Positions 13,047 to 25,169 are shown, numbered from the stretch's first letter. The stretch is DNA of 64,000 bases from Fistulifera solaris (GCA_030295235.1 AP026153.1:248001-312000); one strand, 5' to 3'. Notes: generated from the letters alone by a model not told the origin. Translations and numbers: made by a program.

Positions 13047-13975
13047 ATGAACTGGAAAACAGCTTTCATCGGACTTGTTTCTTGCACGGCGGTCGCCGCG
13101 TTTTCGCCTCAAAAATCCAATCTCGTTGTTCCTACTAATAATGATGTATGGAGAGCTCCTATGAAAATGGCAGCGGGTGGAGCGGAACGAGCGTATGGAC
13201 AAGAATATTACGAAGGTGCGTTTGTTGCAGTTCTTTTCGTTTCCGGCGTTTCGTTCATAATTTCCCAAAAGGAATACATAATTACTTGTCGAGAGCCCCC
13301 CTTTTCTGTTTGATTCAAATCTCACTAACTTTACATAACATTATCTCCCAAACAGGCGTCCGCATTGGCCCGCCTCCCGATTTGCCCTCACTCTTGTTGC
13401 ACAATCGCATCGTGTACATTGGTATGCCCATCGTCCCCGCCGTCACCGAATTGATCATTGCGGAACTCTTGTATCTCAACTACGAGTCAACCACGGAACC
13501 TATTACCATGTACATCAACAGCAGTGGCACGACCACAGCCGATGGACAAGCCGTCGGCTTTGAAACGGAAGCGTTCGCGATTGCCGATGTCATGAAGTAC
13601 GTGCGTCCTCCCGTCCATACCGTCGCACTCGGACAATGCTTTGGGGCGGCCGCGATGCTCTTGTCGCAAGGAAAACGGGGACAACGCTTCGCGTTGCCCA
13701 ACGCCACCATCTTGTTGAATCAACCCAAATCACAGGCCCGGGGTCAAGCCTCGGACATTGCCATCCGGGCCCGTGAAGTTGCCAACAACCGTCGTACCAT
13801 GTGTGAATTGCTCGCGCAGGCCTGTGGTAAACCGACTCAAACCATCATGGATGATTGTTCGCGGGTCAAGTATTTGCAGCCCCAGGAAGCCGTCGAATAT
13901 GGTCTCATTGATCAAGTCATTACGAACGAAGCCTTGGCGGTCAAGCCGTCGTTTATTTCGCGACTGAATAATTAG
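13047..13975 (+). CDS. clpR: Plastid Clp protease non-catalytic ClpR subunit (intron 13216..13355)
   Basis: Signal + VAA-FSP plastid presequence; PPPDLPSLLLHNRIVYIG; MYINSSG. The catalytic Ser position reads GQCFGAAA and the His position reads ILLNQP. Confidence 0.9.
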
Positions 13976-14177
13976 ATTTAATTTTAAAAAAAGAATAATA
14001 CTTAAAGGAAGAAAGATTGGATCGTTTCATAATTTGTTTCTGTAGACAAAAAGGCATCACTTTCACGATACTACAAACGCAGCAAGCACAGCCGTATTTT
14101 TAGTAGAACCTATTTCATCTGTATTCGTATGAGTCAGCACGAAACTAGGTAGAACTGATTCCAATTTTGTTATTCGT

Positions 14178-15213
14178 TTAAACTACCATTTTGGGCTGAC
14201 CATTCTCATCCAATCGGAAAAGAAGTTTTCGTTCATGGCCACGGCATTGAGTTTTCGCACAATCGTCTTGCGCGTTTCCGCCAATTCGGCGGCTTCATCG
14301 GCCGTAGCCGCCTCCTTCGCCTTGGCCTTGAAGAAATCGACAAAGGCCGCTTGCACCAAATCTCCTTGACCTCCCTTACCTTCCAATTGGGCAATCGCCA
14401 AGTCCAAACTACTCTTTTGCAAATCCTTGCTGGAAGCAAACTTGGCCTTGACGGCTTCCGTCGCGTCCTTCATCAAGGCGTGTTTGGCTTTTTCCGTCAA
14501 CGCGGCTTCTTCCGTCGCCAACATACCGAGCAACTTTTCCATTTGGGCCTTGAAATCGTACTGCGGCTTGATTTGACCCGCCGCGTTCAATTTCTCGTAC
14601 GTGGCTTCCCGGACGGCTTGAACATCTTGCGCATCCTTGACAATATTCGACTGCATCTTCATATCATCGAGCTGTTCTTGCAACATTTGAATGATATCAT
14701 TTTCCTTGGCGTTGTGTTCCTTCAACATGCGCTTGCCGTCCGCCGCCAAGAATTCGTGAATCGAGCCACCAAATTGTTGGTAAATGAGCATCGTAAAGGC
14801 AATGAAACAGGCCGCCAATTGTGTTTCCTCATTGACCAAGTACCATTCGTACGACAACGCCGGAACAGCAAACGCAATACCCAACGGGACGCTCAACATG
14901 GGATTCCACAATCCTTTGGGTGCTTCGGCGGGTGTTGCGCTCTTTTCTTCCTGCTTTTGCGGCAAGGAAGCGTGGAAGTTGGCCACCGCAGGAGCACTTT
15001 ATGGATACACAAGAGAAAAGAGACAGTGAGGATACATTTCGTATTTATTTTCTGTGAAACGCATCATCGGCATCGTCAACAAGTCAACGTTCGTGCGTCG
15101 CAAGGCAAAAAGCGATGACTCTCGCGCAAGCTTTTATGAATAACTTACCCTCGCAAGGTGGACCTTTGCGCCACCGATCGACGAGCGACGGAAGAAGCTG
15201 CTGCTCGAAACAT
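14178..15213 (-). CDS. ATP4: Mitochondrial ATP synthase peripheral stalk subunit b-like (intron 15148..14997; probable frameshift ~14220)
   Basis: Arg/Ser/Ala-rich presequence MFRAAASSVARRS; two TM segments flanking YLVNEETQL; long helical C-terminal part. Confidence 0.75.
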
Positions 15214-15623
15214 GTTAATTGAAATGAACAGAGCACTCAAAAGTAAAATCAACAGGCTTTGCTGCTTGTGCCGTTGTTATCTTCTCCCATGGCCGTCCGC
15301 AGCGGCCAAAAGCGAACGACGGCGATGCGATAGAGCACGCGGTACAGCTTACACCATACTGCAGTCGCTATCATCAACGGTGTAGGTTTATTTCCTTCGA
15401 CACGTCACATTACGTCATCCATTTAAAAAAGAATAACGGTGCGATCCGGTGAAATTCGTCCGTCCTTGCATCGCCCGTGCTTTGTTTGCTTCGCGATGCG
15501 AGTTTTTCGTGCCATCCAAAAATCCGCTCGTTATTATTCTTCGCAACGAAAACGTATTCCATTCGTTCGACGATCTCAAAGCATAATTGCATTCAACAAT
15601 AGAAAAATCTATAGTAGATACAA

Positions 15624-16183
15624 ATGACAGAATCTGCTGAGAAGAAGAAAAGGAATAAGGGCAAAAGCACATATCAAAGCATGTGCTGAAAGCTCGCGAA
15701 GCCAAGGAAGAAGCCAAGAAGGAAGCCCCACAAAAGGCTCCATCCAAAACAAAGAAGCCCAAGGCCGTCGTGAAAGATCCCTCGGAAGCGATGGATTATT
15801 TGAAGCAATGGAAACACGACAAAGGCGCTTGGAAATTCAATAAAAATACGCAATCATGGATTATTCGTCACATGTACGATGCCGAAAAGTTGGACAAGGC
15901 CGCCTTTTCGTTGGTGACCGAATATTTACAAGGGTTACAAGGAGGAACCGCCAAAACATGGGTAGTGGCGGATGCCACGAAACGGGCTCTGCGTTACAAG
16001 GAGTATGAAAAGTCACAAGGCACCGGTGGCGACGGAGATTCAAAAGATGCCGAGAAAAAGGGAACCGACAATGCAACAAAGGATGAAACAGAGGATAGAA
16101 TACGATGGAAAAAGCTGAGTGATCATGATAAGCGGAAAGAGTATAAGCGCGCTCGAAAAGTCCTGGAAGTACTGAAAGAATGA
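15624..16183 (+). CDS. WKF-domain (C7orf50/DUF2373-like) basic protein (frameshift ~15665)
   Basis: AMDYLKQWKHDKGAWKFNKNTQSWIIRHMYD...YLQGLQG...YKRARKVL. The Lys-rich N-terminus from ATG 15624 joins after a 1-nt indel. Confidence 0.8.
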
Positions 16184-16343
16184 AAACTTTGACATCGACA
16201 ACAGTAACAAGCACTGCAACACGCGCCATTTTCGGCTTGGCTCGCTCTCTAGAGAAATCGTTGACAACCTACCTAAGCTAATATTTCACTTTTTATTTAT
16301 GTCGTTGGAACGCATGGTGTAAGTCCACGGGACGCTAGTATTC

Positions 16344-16387
16344 GTCCAGGCGAAGGACGTATAATTATACGTCCTTAGTCCAGGCGA
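16344..16387. repeat. Perfect 24-bp palindrome flanked by 10-bp direct repeats
   Basis: AAGGACGTATAATTATACGTCCTT (16353..16376) is its own reverse complement; GTCCAGGCGA at 16344..16353 and 16378..16387. Confidence 0.9.
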
Positions 16388-16623
16388 CCCCCGAAACGAA
16401 CGGCATTCATTGGGTGCGCAAACATGTCAATATTTCAACTATTTCGTTCCAATCCAGCATCAGTACAATAATCAATAGGCTTTACAGAAATGTCTAACTG
16501 ATGAATGCATTCTAAACAGTGGAAAGGTTAGGTGAAGGCTCTCGACTCGCTCTCCTACTAGTACAAGAGACCTAGACGACTCTCGAACACGACTCAAAGA
16601 CACGTTTCTGGTTCCGTGTTTTA

Positions 16624-16644
16624 TGATTGGTGATTGGTGATTGG
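16624..16644. promoter_or_regulatory. Three tandem CCAAT boxes (TGATTGG)x3 upstream of the CCT-domain gene
   Basis: tgattgg tgattgg tgattgg, read as (CCAATCA)3 on the minus strand. The regulatory role is inferred. Confidence 0.45.
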
Positions 16645-17497
16645 AGACTTCGGTTTCGATTTTCTGACACGACACACACACGTACGACTGCAGGACGGAA
16701 TTCGAATTCTCGTGTCCGACTCCGCCCGGTACAAAAAGCACGCGCTCGTCACACGAGAAACAAGCAAAAAAAAAGACCAACGACGAAAAACGGCATCGTT
16801 CTTCATCACCCACCAATATTTACTCCTCCACCGTTATTTTCAACGCCTGCGAAAGAATATTGTTGCTCTGAAAGGTAAGACATTTGCGCTGCTTGACTTG
16901 TTCGTCGATACCGCCGTTATCGTCGTCCATCCTTTCCATGATTCGAACATCGGAATCAAAAAAATATTTTCTTGGCATGGAAAACGTCAACTTGTGTGTC
17001 GTACGTGTGTTGGCAGTGTTCCGGTACCGATCCAGTAGTCCAAAACATGTTCAGACGCGGTTGAAGGTGCTGGATCTACAGTTTTCTGCTCATTTCGCGC
17101 GGAGTATTCTTTCACTTGAGTGACATCACTCGTCATCGGCAGCAAAGCCGCTTTTATTGCTTCTGATTGGTCCAGATCAGTACCGAGTGAGAAATCGAAT
17201 CTCATTCCGTTCGTCAGATGTACGCGCGACTGAACGCAATTGCCGGTAGAATCTCTCCGTAGAGAAAATGGCGGGAGTCTTGTCATGCAGGCTTTCTCCA
17301 CCGTCCATCACAAAATTCTTGGTTTTTGTGCCGCTCATTGTTTGTGAATTTTGTTCAGCATTTTCCCTGTTCGCGCCCATCACATCCTGTTCCAATTGGA
17401 AAGTGATTTTAGTCATAAACGCTAACTGAATGCCTTTATCTTCAACCTTGCAAATCAGAGGGAAGATTTAGTGCCAAGTATATCAGAGAATAATTCG

Positions 17498-18757
17498 ATG
17501 GCGACGTCAGCTATAGCAACATTCCCTGCAGAGTTGAACTCCATGGATCGCAGTGAGATGGATGCCGCAAGAGCTCTCATAGGAGTAGCACCTCTCGATT
17601 TAGACGAAGAATCATCCGCAGATCCAGCAACCACATTAGCGTCGTTTTCGAAACTTTCCGATCCCAGCGCGGAGGAACCCCCGGTCGGCAGGAGACCACG
17701 TTCGGATTCCGCTGGACTCGATGCCCTCGCTGCGCTAGCATCACAAGAGTCACTGGGTGACAATGAACCGTCATACTCGAAATTTGCTTCGTCGGTCGTC
17801 ATGTGCTCGTCATCGTCGGACGACGATGACTTGGAACAAATGCCTCCCCCACCACCCCGGGGGCGTCGACGCAGCGCATCGAATCCGGAGGGGATGGAGA
17901 AATGGGATTCGTTAAGTCAGAATACGAGTCGAGGTCGACGTCACTTTGTATTACCCGCCTCCATTCTGGAAGTGGAATTGGCCGAAGCCAGTGCTGCCGT
18001 TCAGAGTCATTCACGCAAGTTACCTTCTTGTATCCCCGAGGACGAAGAACTGTTAGAACCGGCGAGTGGACATAATACACGAAGGTGCCGAACGTCGAAG
18101 AATAAAGAAAACGAAGAGAGTGAAGAGGAAGAGGAAGAAATTGACGAGGCGAATATGACGCCACAAGAACTCCTTCATCGAGCGCGCTCGCGTTTGTTGG
18201 AAGACCTCTCTGAAGGAAGTATCAATGGAGAAAAAGGAGTATTGAGTCTTCCCCACTCGCTTGGAAAATACAAACAGGTATGTTGTTGTGACTTTAACAA
18301 ATTGTTGGTGTGACTTATTGCACAGAGGGACGTACACTTACGTCGATTTTGAACTCAGGTATACAATAAGAACGGACGCATAGGAATCTACACACCAGCA
18401 GAGCGAGCCGCCATCATCGATCGGTATCATCAAAAACGATCGCGACGCGTATGGAACAAAAAGATTCGCTACAATTGTCGAAAAAGTCTTGCCGATCGTC
18501 GGTTAAGAATCAAAGGGCGATTTGTGAAACGGTCCGAACAGGAGATGCTCGCGAAGCAGCTGGCGCAGCAAGAAGGGTCCGACGAGAATGCTATGGACGA
18601 TGATGACGAGGACGACGGCCGATCACCAGGTGAACACTTGAGTGGAGAATCCGGAGAAGATGAGGACATGCAAGACGTCCTTAATGATCCAGAGGCTGGC
18701 TTTGTACCTACCGAAGACCAACCATATCGCCGCCTTCGTCGGCACACCATCACTTAA
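17498..18757 (+). CDS. CCT-motif (CONSTANS/TOC1-type) transcription regulator (intron 18278..18358)
   Basis: Spliced exon gives IGIYTPAERAAIIDRYHQKRSRRVWNKKIRYNCRKSLADRRLRIKGRFVKR, a CCT motif; acidic disordered flanks. The start codon is uncertain. Confidence 0.9.
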
Positions 18758-18915
18758 TGACCACACATATTTATTTCAGTCATTGCTATTTATCGCAGCA
18801 AATCCGCCGCCCCGCTAGAAAAACTAAAAATTTTATTTATTTTTGACATATGCCTTTCCACCGTTATGAACAAACACGATGGCAACAGTCGTCACCGCTA
18901 CTAGGTGCTTCATGG

Positions 18916-20363
18916 TTATCTATTCACACTTTCATCTTTCGTCACCGATTTGATTACCCCCACGGCCACGGTTTGTTTCATATCGCGGATAGCGAACCGT
19001 CCTAGGGGTGGAAAATCGGTAAACGACTCGACACACAAAGGTTTCCTGGGCTGCATGGTGACGATGCAAGCATCTCCCGCCACGACGTATTCCGGATTGG
19101 TCTCTAACACTTCCCCCGTCCGGCGATCCATTTTTTGCTTAATATCCGTGATCATACATGCAACATGCGCTGTATGACAATCCACAATGGGTGTATATCC
19201 TTTCGCTATTTGTCCGGGGTGATTCATCACAATGATCTGCGCTTCAAAGGACGAGACTCCCGAAGCCGGGTGGTCATTGACATCTGACACCACCATACCA
19301 CGTCTTAGTTCTTTGACAGATATATTTTTCACATTAAAGCCAACGTTGTCTCCTGGATACGCTTCTTCCACCATTTCGTGATGTCGCTCCAGTGATCGAA
19401 CCTCGGCCACTAAGCCGGACGGAGCAAAATGTGCTTGAATACCAGGTCTCATGACTCCAGTTTCGATTCGACCCACTGGAACAGTTCCAATACCTCCGAT
19501 CTAATGAGAGAGAATGAAGTAAGCACAACAAATTTTAACCCGTTCAACAAATAGACAGTATTGCCGTTACCTTGTACACATCTTGAATGGGCACGCGTAG
19601 AGGCTTCTCGATCGGTCGAATGGGCGGGGTGACCATGTCGAGTGCTTCCAGCAAAGTAGGTCCGTTGTACCACGACATGAGAACGGACTTTTCCGCAATA
19701 TTGTCACCGACCCATCCGGAAATGGGAATAAAGGCACCTTCATCGGCTTGTACCCGACCTTCTTGATGTATTCCGTGACTTCGTCTTTTATGGTGTGGTA
19801 ACGATCTTCACTGTAATTGACACTCTCATCGTCCATTTTATTACATGCCACAATCAATTGTTTGACGCCCAACGTATACGCCAGCAAAACATGCTCTCTC
19901 GTTTGTCCATCTTTGGAAAATCCCAGTTCGAACCCACGGGGCGTCGCATCCACGACGAGCAGTGCCACATCGGCTTGGGACGTGCCCGTAATCATATTTT
20001 TAATAAAATCACGATGCCCCGGTGCATCAATGAGAGTATATTCATACTGTTGTGTCGCCAATTTCCACAAGGAAATGTCAATGGTGATTCCTCGGTCGCG
20101 TTCGGCCTTGAGATTGTCCAAAATCCACGCGTACTTGCACGATTCTTTGCCACTCTCTTTGGCGTCTCGTTCACACCGTTCCATCGTCTTTTCGTCAACG
20201 CCACCGCATTTGTATATCAAATGTCCCGCTGTCGTCGATTTGCCTGCCAGGGAGATGAGAATCATATTTATCCGAACGAAACGACGGAAGAATATTAAAA
20301 CTACTCACCGGCATCTACGTGACCGATTACGATCAACGAAACGTGTGTCTTCTCTTGATCCAT
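18916..20363 (-). CDS. EF1A: Divergent translation elongation factor EF-1alpha (introns 20308..20244 and 19570..19501; frameshift ~19730)
   Basis: [79 protein letters not shown]. Confidence 0.92.
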
Positions 20364-20781
20364 TTCTCCAGTTCACAAGGTTTCTTTTTTGTGGATGATG
20401 ATTTAATATTTACACCGTTGAAAGCTACATCCATTTGAATGATAAGAAACGAAATGGCGTTTATTCATCGTTTCGAGAACAACAAAAAAAAAGGAAAAAT
20501 ATCGATCGGCCGATGGCTTCGCCTGCCCATGGTACGGCTGGGCTGGCGTGTCCTTGCGTCACTATGACGTCAGGATCGCATTGCGTTCTCCAGTACACTT
20601 TTAGCCATACTCACAACCCACGATTGTCACCACCCAAAACGACAGAAGCAGCAGCAAAAGAAATCCGCAGACGCAACGCTGCGGCATTCTTTCGAGTGCG
20701 TTTGTTTGTTTTGAATTCGATTGTTATCCTTTGATTACTCTTTTACTTGATTGTTGACAAATTAACAAGCAAAGCAACAAC

Positions 20782-21927
20782 ATGCCTCCGCGAAAACAAC
20801 CCAACATCCATATTGACGACGACAATGACAGCAAACCTCCGGCGGTCGTTTTAACGCCCGTGTCTCAGCTCGATGATCATCATTCGTTGGGTTCGATATC
20901 GACGGCCACGACTCCTCATACCAGCAGTGATACTACGCGAGAGACACCAAGATCCAAGAGAAGGACGAAAGGATCGACTGCGGAGAATACTTCTCTTTCG
21001 TTGAGTCCGATCAACGAACGTTCCATTGTCTACTCGGAAATGGTTCTGTTAGTCGGAACGATAGTGATTTCTGCGGCAACCTTCATTTATGTCATGGTCC
21101 CCACGACCGCATTACTATCACTCGGTGTCCTGTTTTCGTCACTCTACATTATGGGCGCTTCGACACTCCGCCGTTTGATCACCATCGAACTCGAACGATT
21201 GCGACAAACGAACGGACTCCGCGAAATTTTGCCCACGGCTCTTTATAGATTTTTGACGGAAGAATCCTTGCACGATCAATTGAATGGCGAAAGTTCGACC
21301 CGGGAATGGATGTATTTGTTGTTGTATTTCTTGCCATTGCCCCGCGAACAATTGTACTATTATTTGAATCGCCTCAATCCGCAACACGTGGAACAATTGC
21401 ATCACCGTGGTGTGGGACATGTGATTTTGGGACCGGAAGCGATGCAAGTGGTGATGGGAATGCAAGGCTACGCGGAAGCTCAAGAAGAGGAAGCGACGAA
21501 AGAAAGTTTTGCGCTCGTGCCGGCCGAAAGCAGTAGTCCAGTTGTTGTGGACGAAGACAATGATGATTCCGTTGTCTTCAACGCCATTTGGGACGCATTT
21601 TACTTGTCGATCTATACACCCGTCGCCTCGTGGACTTCGGGCTTTGTCCGAAGCAAAGTTATTCGACCATTCACGAGTCGAATTTTGCGTTATGGAACCA
21701 GTATATCGTTTCTTTCGGCCGGATGGGCCTTGACAAACTTTTATCAACGCAACAATGGCATTGTTTCATGGCCTCTCTTTCGACACACAGCATTGCATCG
21801 TCGAGAGGATCGAGCGTTGTATCTAACAGCGGCCGTGAGCGGTGCTTCGGTGGTGTTGGCGCTCGGCGTCCGTTACTTCTTTTGTGCTCCGAACAAAAAG
21901 CGATCCAAGAAAGGTAAACGGATATAG
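20782..21927 (+). CDS. Hypothetical multi-pass membrane protein
   Basis: 381-aa intact ORF; S/T-rich N-terminus, hydrophobic pairs near both ends, basic C-tail. Confidence 0.75.
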   Translation: MPPRKQPNIHIDDDNDSKPPAVVLTPVSQLDDHHSLGSISTATTPHTSSDTTRETPRSKRRTKGSTAENTSLSLSPINERSIVYSEMVLLVGTIVISAATFIYVMVPTTALLSLGVLFSSLYIMGASTLRRLITIELERLRQTNGLREILPTALYRFLTEESLHDQLNGESSTREWMYLLLYFLPLPREQLYYYLNRLNPQHVEQLHHRGVGHVILGPEAMQVVMGMQGYAEAQEEEATKESFALVPAESSSPVVVDEDNDDSVVFNAIWDAFYLSIYTPVASWTSGFVRSKVIRPFTSRILRYGTSISFLSAGWALTNFYQRNNGIVSWPLFRHTALHRREDRALYLTAAVSGASVVLALGVRYFFCAPNKKRSKKGKRI

Positions 21928-22011
21928 ATAATAATCAATATATAATCAATATATTATCTGATCTTGGCAATACAACGTAGTTTTTCCTTTAACAGAAATT
22001 CCTTTTTTTCT

Positions 22012-22824
22012 TTATAATTCCGACCGCAGCGGGATCGTCATGGCACCTACCGCACCACCATCCACATTCAAAATCACACCCGTACACCATGATCCGGCGC
22101 GACTCGCAAAATACAAACAAGCTCCGGCCATATCGTCGGCATTCCCCAACCGTTGCAACGGAGTTTGCGACGCCAACGCTTCGTGATCGGCTCCCCACGA
22201 TTTCAAGCCGGCACTCATGCGACTGGGCACAAAACCTGGTGCTACACAATTAACTGTTATGTGCTGGGAAGCCAAATCGGAAGCGAATTTGCGCGTCAAG
22301 TTGTGAACGGCCGCCTTGGAGGCATCGTACGCGTGCGTCGGAGCATCTTGCGGCATGATTCCGACGACACTCCCGATGTTAATGACCCGCGCGGGATCTT
22401 CGAAAGTGGCGGCCTTTTGCAATAAAGGAATGCAAGCCCGTGTCAAATAAAAGAGTCCCTTGACATTCAAATCAAAGACTTTATCAAATCCCCAGCAGGT
22501 TTTCGAACGCCGTTCCAACGGTTCGCCCCATGATGTGCCCGCATTATTGATGAGGACGTGTAATTTTCCACCAAACAATGTATCGACATGTTGCACGAGT
22601 TGATCACATCCTGTAACAGTCGCAACATTGCTCGTCACATAATGACATGACAGTTTCGCTGCGGTTGCGCGACACGCATTTTCGTCACGGCTGGTGATCA
22701 ACACGTTGGCTCCGGCCGCGGCAAAGCCTTGCGCAATCATTTCTCCAATACCCCGAGACCCGCCCGTCACCAAAACATTCTTTCCTGTCACGGAAAAGAG
22801 AGATTGGATGGAAGTCGTCGTCAT
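22012..22824 (-). CDS. Classical short-chain dehydrogenase/reductase
   Basis: TGGSRGIG, NNAG, catalytic YDASK, VNCVAPG, VDGG. Confidence 0.93.
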   Translation of the reverse strand: MTTTSIQSLFSVTGKNVLVTGGSRGIGEMIAQGFAAAGANVLITSRDENACRATAAKLSCHYVTSNVATVTGCDQLVQHVDTLFGGKLHVLINNAGTSWGEPLERRSKTCWGFDKVFDLNVKGLFYLTRACIPLLQKAATFEDPARVINIGSVVGIMPQDAPTHAYDASKAAVHNLTRKFASDLASQHITVNCVAPGFVPSRMSAGLKSWGADHEALASQTPLQRLGNADDMAGACLYFASRAGSWCTGVILNVDGGAVGAMTIPLRSEL

Positions 22825-23489
22825 GGTGGGCTTTTATGATGATGCAAACAAAAAAATGGCAATGAAGAACAATCGCACTTCGAAAGATCGCAAATAGCAT
22901 GGCGATCGTGACTGGAGTTTGTCGTCACTGACAACTTTCTGGTACCAGGTACTGTACTAAAATCATATACTACGAGTACCGCATTGACAACCCACGACCA
23001 CGACCCGTCGCCTATGGCAAAGTAAACTAGCTCCCATTGTTCCTTCACAGAAACATAGCCAATCATCCATGATGCTGCCTCCATTGTATCCAAGAAGATC
23101 TACATAACGAGTCGTAAGTGTCTTTTTCGGTATTACAAGAAGCGACAAGCAAAAGGTAAGATCAACATGTCCATCCATAATGAGACAGTACCCCCACGGG
23201 ATCTGCACACAACAATTGACTCTACAATTCATCATTCCCGAATCCATTCAAATCAATTAGGAATTCCTTTATTGCACAGCTTACTACGTACATTTGGAGC
23301 GACTCCGAGTGCACATTTGATTTGCGTCGGAAATCACAATCATCACCGAACCAACCTCGAGCTCATAAAAACGCGAAGCATTCATTTTGCATCACTTGTC
23401 GTCGCTTTTCTTCTCTTTCAACTTTTGGTAAGTTACTGGAAGCTGTCATTCGTTGCTTTCAAGATACGAAACTCATTTCTCTACAGACC

Positions 23490-24537
23490 ATGCGTTTCGT
23501 TTCTCCTCTTCTTTGGCTCGGCCTCGTGGCCACGGCGTGCTCCCAACGCACTCCGGTCTGTCGGGATCTCGGAAAAGGCGTCATTGATCAAGGATGTACC
23601 GAAGACTTTCCCACTTGTGTCTACCGCAACGGCGGACAAGTTGTCGGCGGCAACGCCGGGCAGCGCTGTGCGCTCTGCATCAACTCGCAGCAGCCGAACC
23701 ATGTCGATCAAGTCGCTCCCGACGAAGGTTGTGATGACGTGAACCGCGTCTGTGTCGGCAAACGTCAGTTGGCGGCGAATGTCGAAGGTACCGCCTGTGC
23801 CGTGTGCTTCAATTCCATCCCGACGTCGATTGATCCCAACGACATTGATGATGGTTGCCCGCCCACGACGCCGGTCTGTGTCAACGATGACGGTGAAAGT
23901 CCGGCCTTGTGGACTCCCGGTACGGACTGTGTGGCGAAATGCGTCGATACGAGTCTCACCGGTCCCGATAAAGGCGTAAGTTGCTGTGTTGTTGATTGCT
24001 GTTTACTTGCAAAGCGCGTCTCATTGGCGTTTTGTGTTTTCAAAGTGCCCCCGCCGATACCCCGTCTGCACGCTCGAGGACGGATCGGATCCGGGCTCGG
24101 AGAATCCCGGTACGATCTGTTCCGTGTGCTCTCCCGCCTCCTGTGACGACCAGGATCCTTGCACGGACGATTTCTGTGATCCGGAAGGTGGGTGCTTTTA
24201 CGTCGACAACGGCAGTTGTGGCAACACCTGCAACGTGGCGCTCGATTGGCAGTGCACCTTCCCCGTTCCGTTCTGTACGCAATTTGTTCCGGATGACGAG
24301 TTTTTCGCGTGCGTCTGTGATGTCGACACGGAAGGATCTCCATTCTGCTGGCGAGATGCCTTTTGCAGCGACCGTGCCGATTGCAGCTCGAACGACGATT
24401 GTGGACCCAACGAGAAATGTGCCTCGACCTGCTGCGGTACCAACAAGTGTTTGGAAGACTGTGCCTTGACCGACGACCGTCTCCGTCGCAAGTTGGACGG
24501 TCACCATCACTCGGAGAAGACCGCCACTGGCTTGTAG
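23490..24537 (+). CDS. Secreted cysteine-rich repeat protein (intron 23976..24045)
   Basis: Signal peptide MRFVSPLLWLGLVATACS; four D-x-G-C-x6-C modules; CDDQDPCTDDFCDPEGGC unit. The intron joins DKG|CPRRYPVC in frame. Confidence 0.85.
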
Positions 24538-25169
24538 AACTCTTCTCCTCTAGCTGCAGCACGACGAATGATGCCTTCATCTAAATGGAATACGCATACA
24601 CACGGTAGAGACCGCATCCAGATCAAAGTATCGCTCGTGCCTTTAGAGTATTACATATTAGATTGATCTATCAATACAAAACGAACTTCATTATTTGTAG
24701 TGTACTTGCGCATCGCATCACTTATTATTGTTCGACAGCGCAGGGTGCAGGGCGCAGCGCATCGCATTACATTTTCGAAATGAGGCAGTGGTGTAAAATT
24801 ATGATTACAAGTGTTACATCTACCACGGAGGCTTCCCCGTCTGTACTACACTCGGTTATTTCGTTTTTGCAAAAATCAAGGGTTCGTGACTGAATCCAAT
24901 CGCGAAAAAAGTCATCTACACGTTTACCGATAGTGAAATTATAAAGTGCGCAGAGTTTTTACTCTGGTTAACATAGTACAAAGTAGTCACCCCTTCCGTC
25001 GTCGTTCGTTGCGGTCCTCCTTTCATTTTTGTCCCTTCGATCGACGATGGATGGAGGACGAAAGAGATTTTTCATTTTCATCGATAAGAGGATAATCTCT
25101 TGTCGGCTTCTCGGGTGTGTGTAGCATTATCTTTCATCTATCGACACGCGACCTAAAGTTCACTTTAAC

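Noticed and set aside
14351..15118. Long antisense ORFs (also 3144..3680, 21139..21747, 23765..24580, 52071..52610)
   Set aside because: They are shadows of real genes on the opposite strand, with no recognisable motifs.
21931..21953. ATAATCAATAT tandem duplication between convergent genes
   Set aside because: Simple AT-rich slippage in a 3' region.
22012..22030. Peroxisomal PTS1 on the SDR
   Set aside because: The C-terminus is SEL, not a canonical SKL-type signal.
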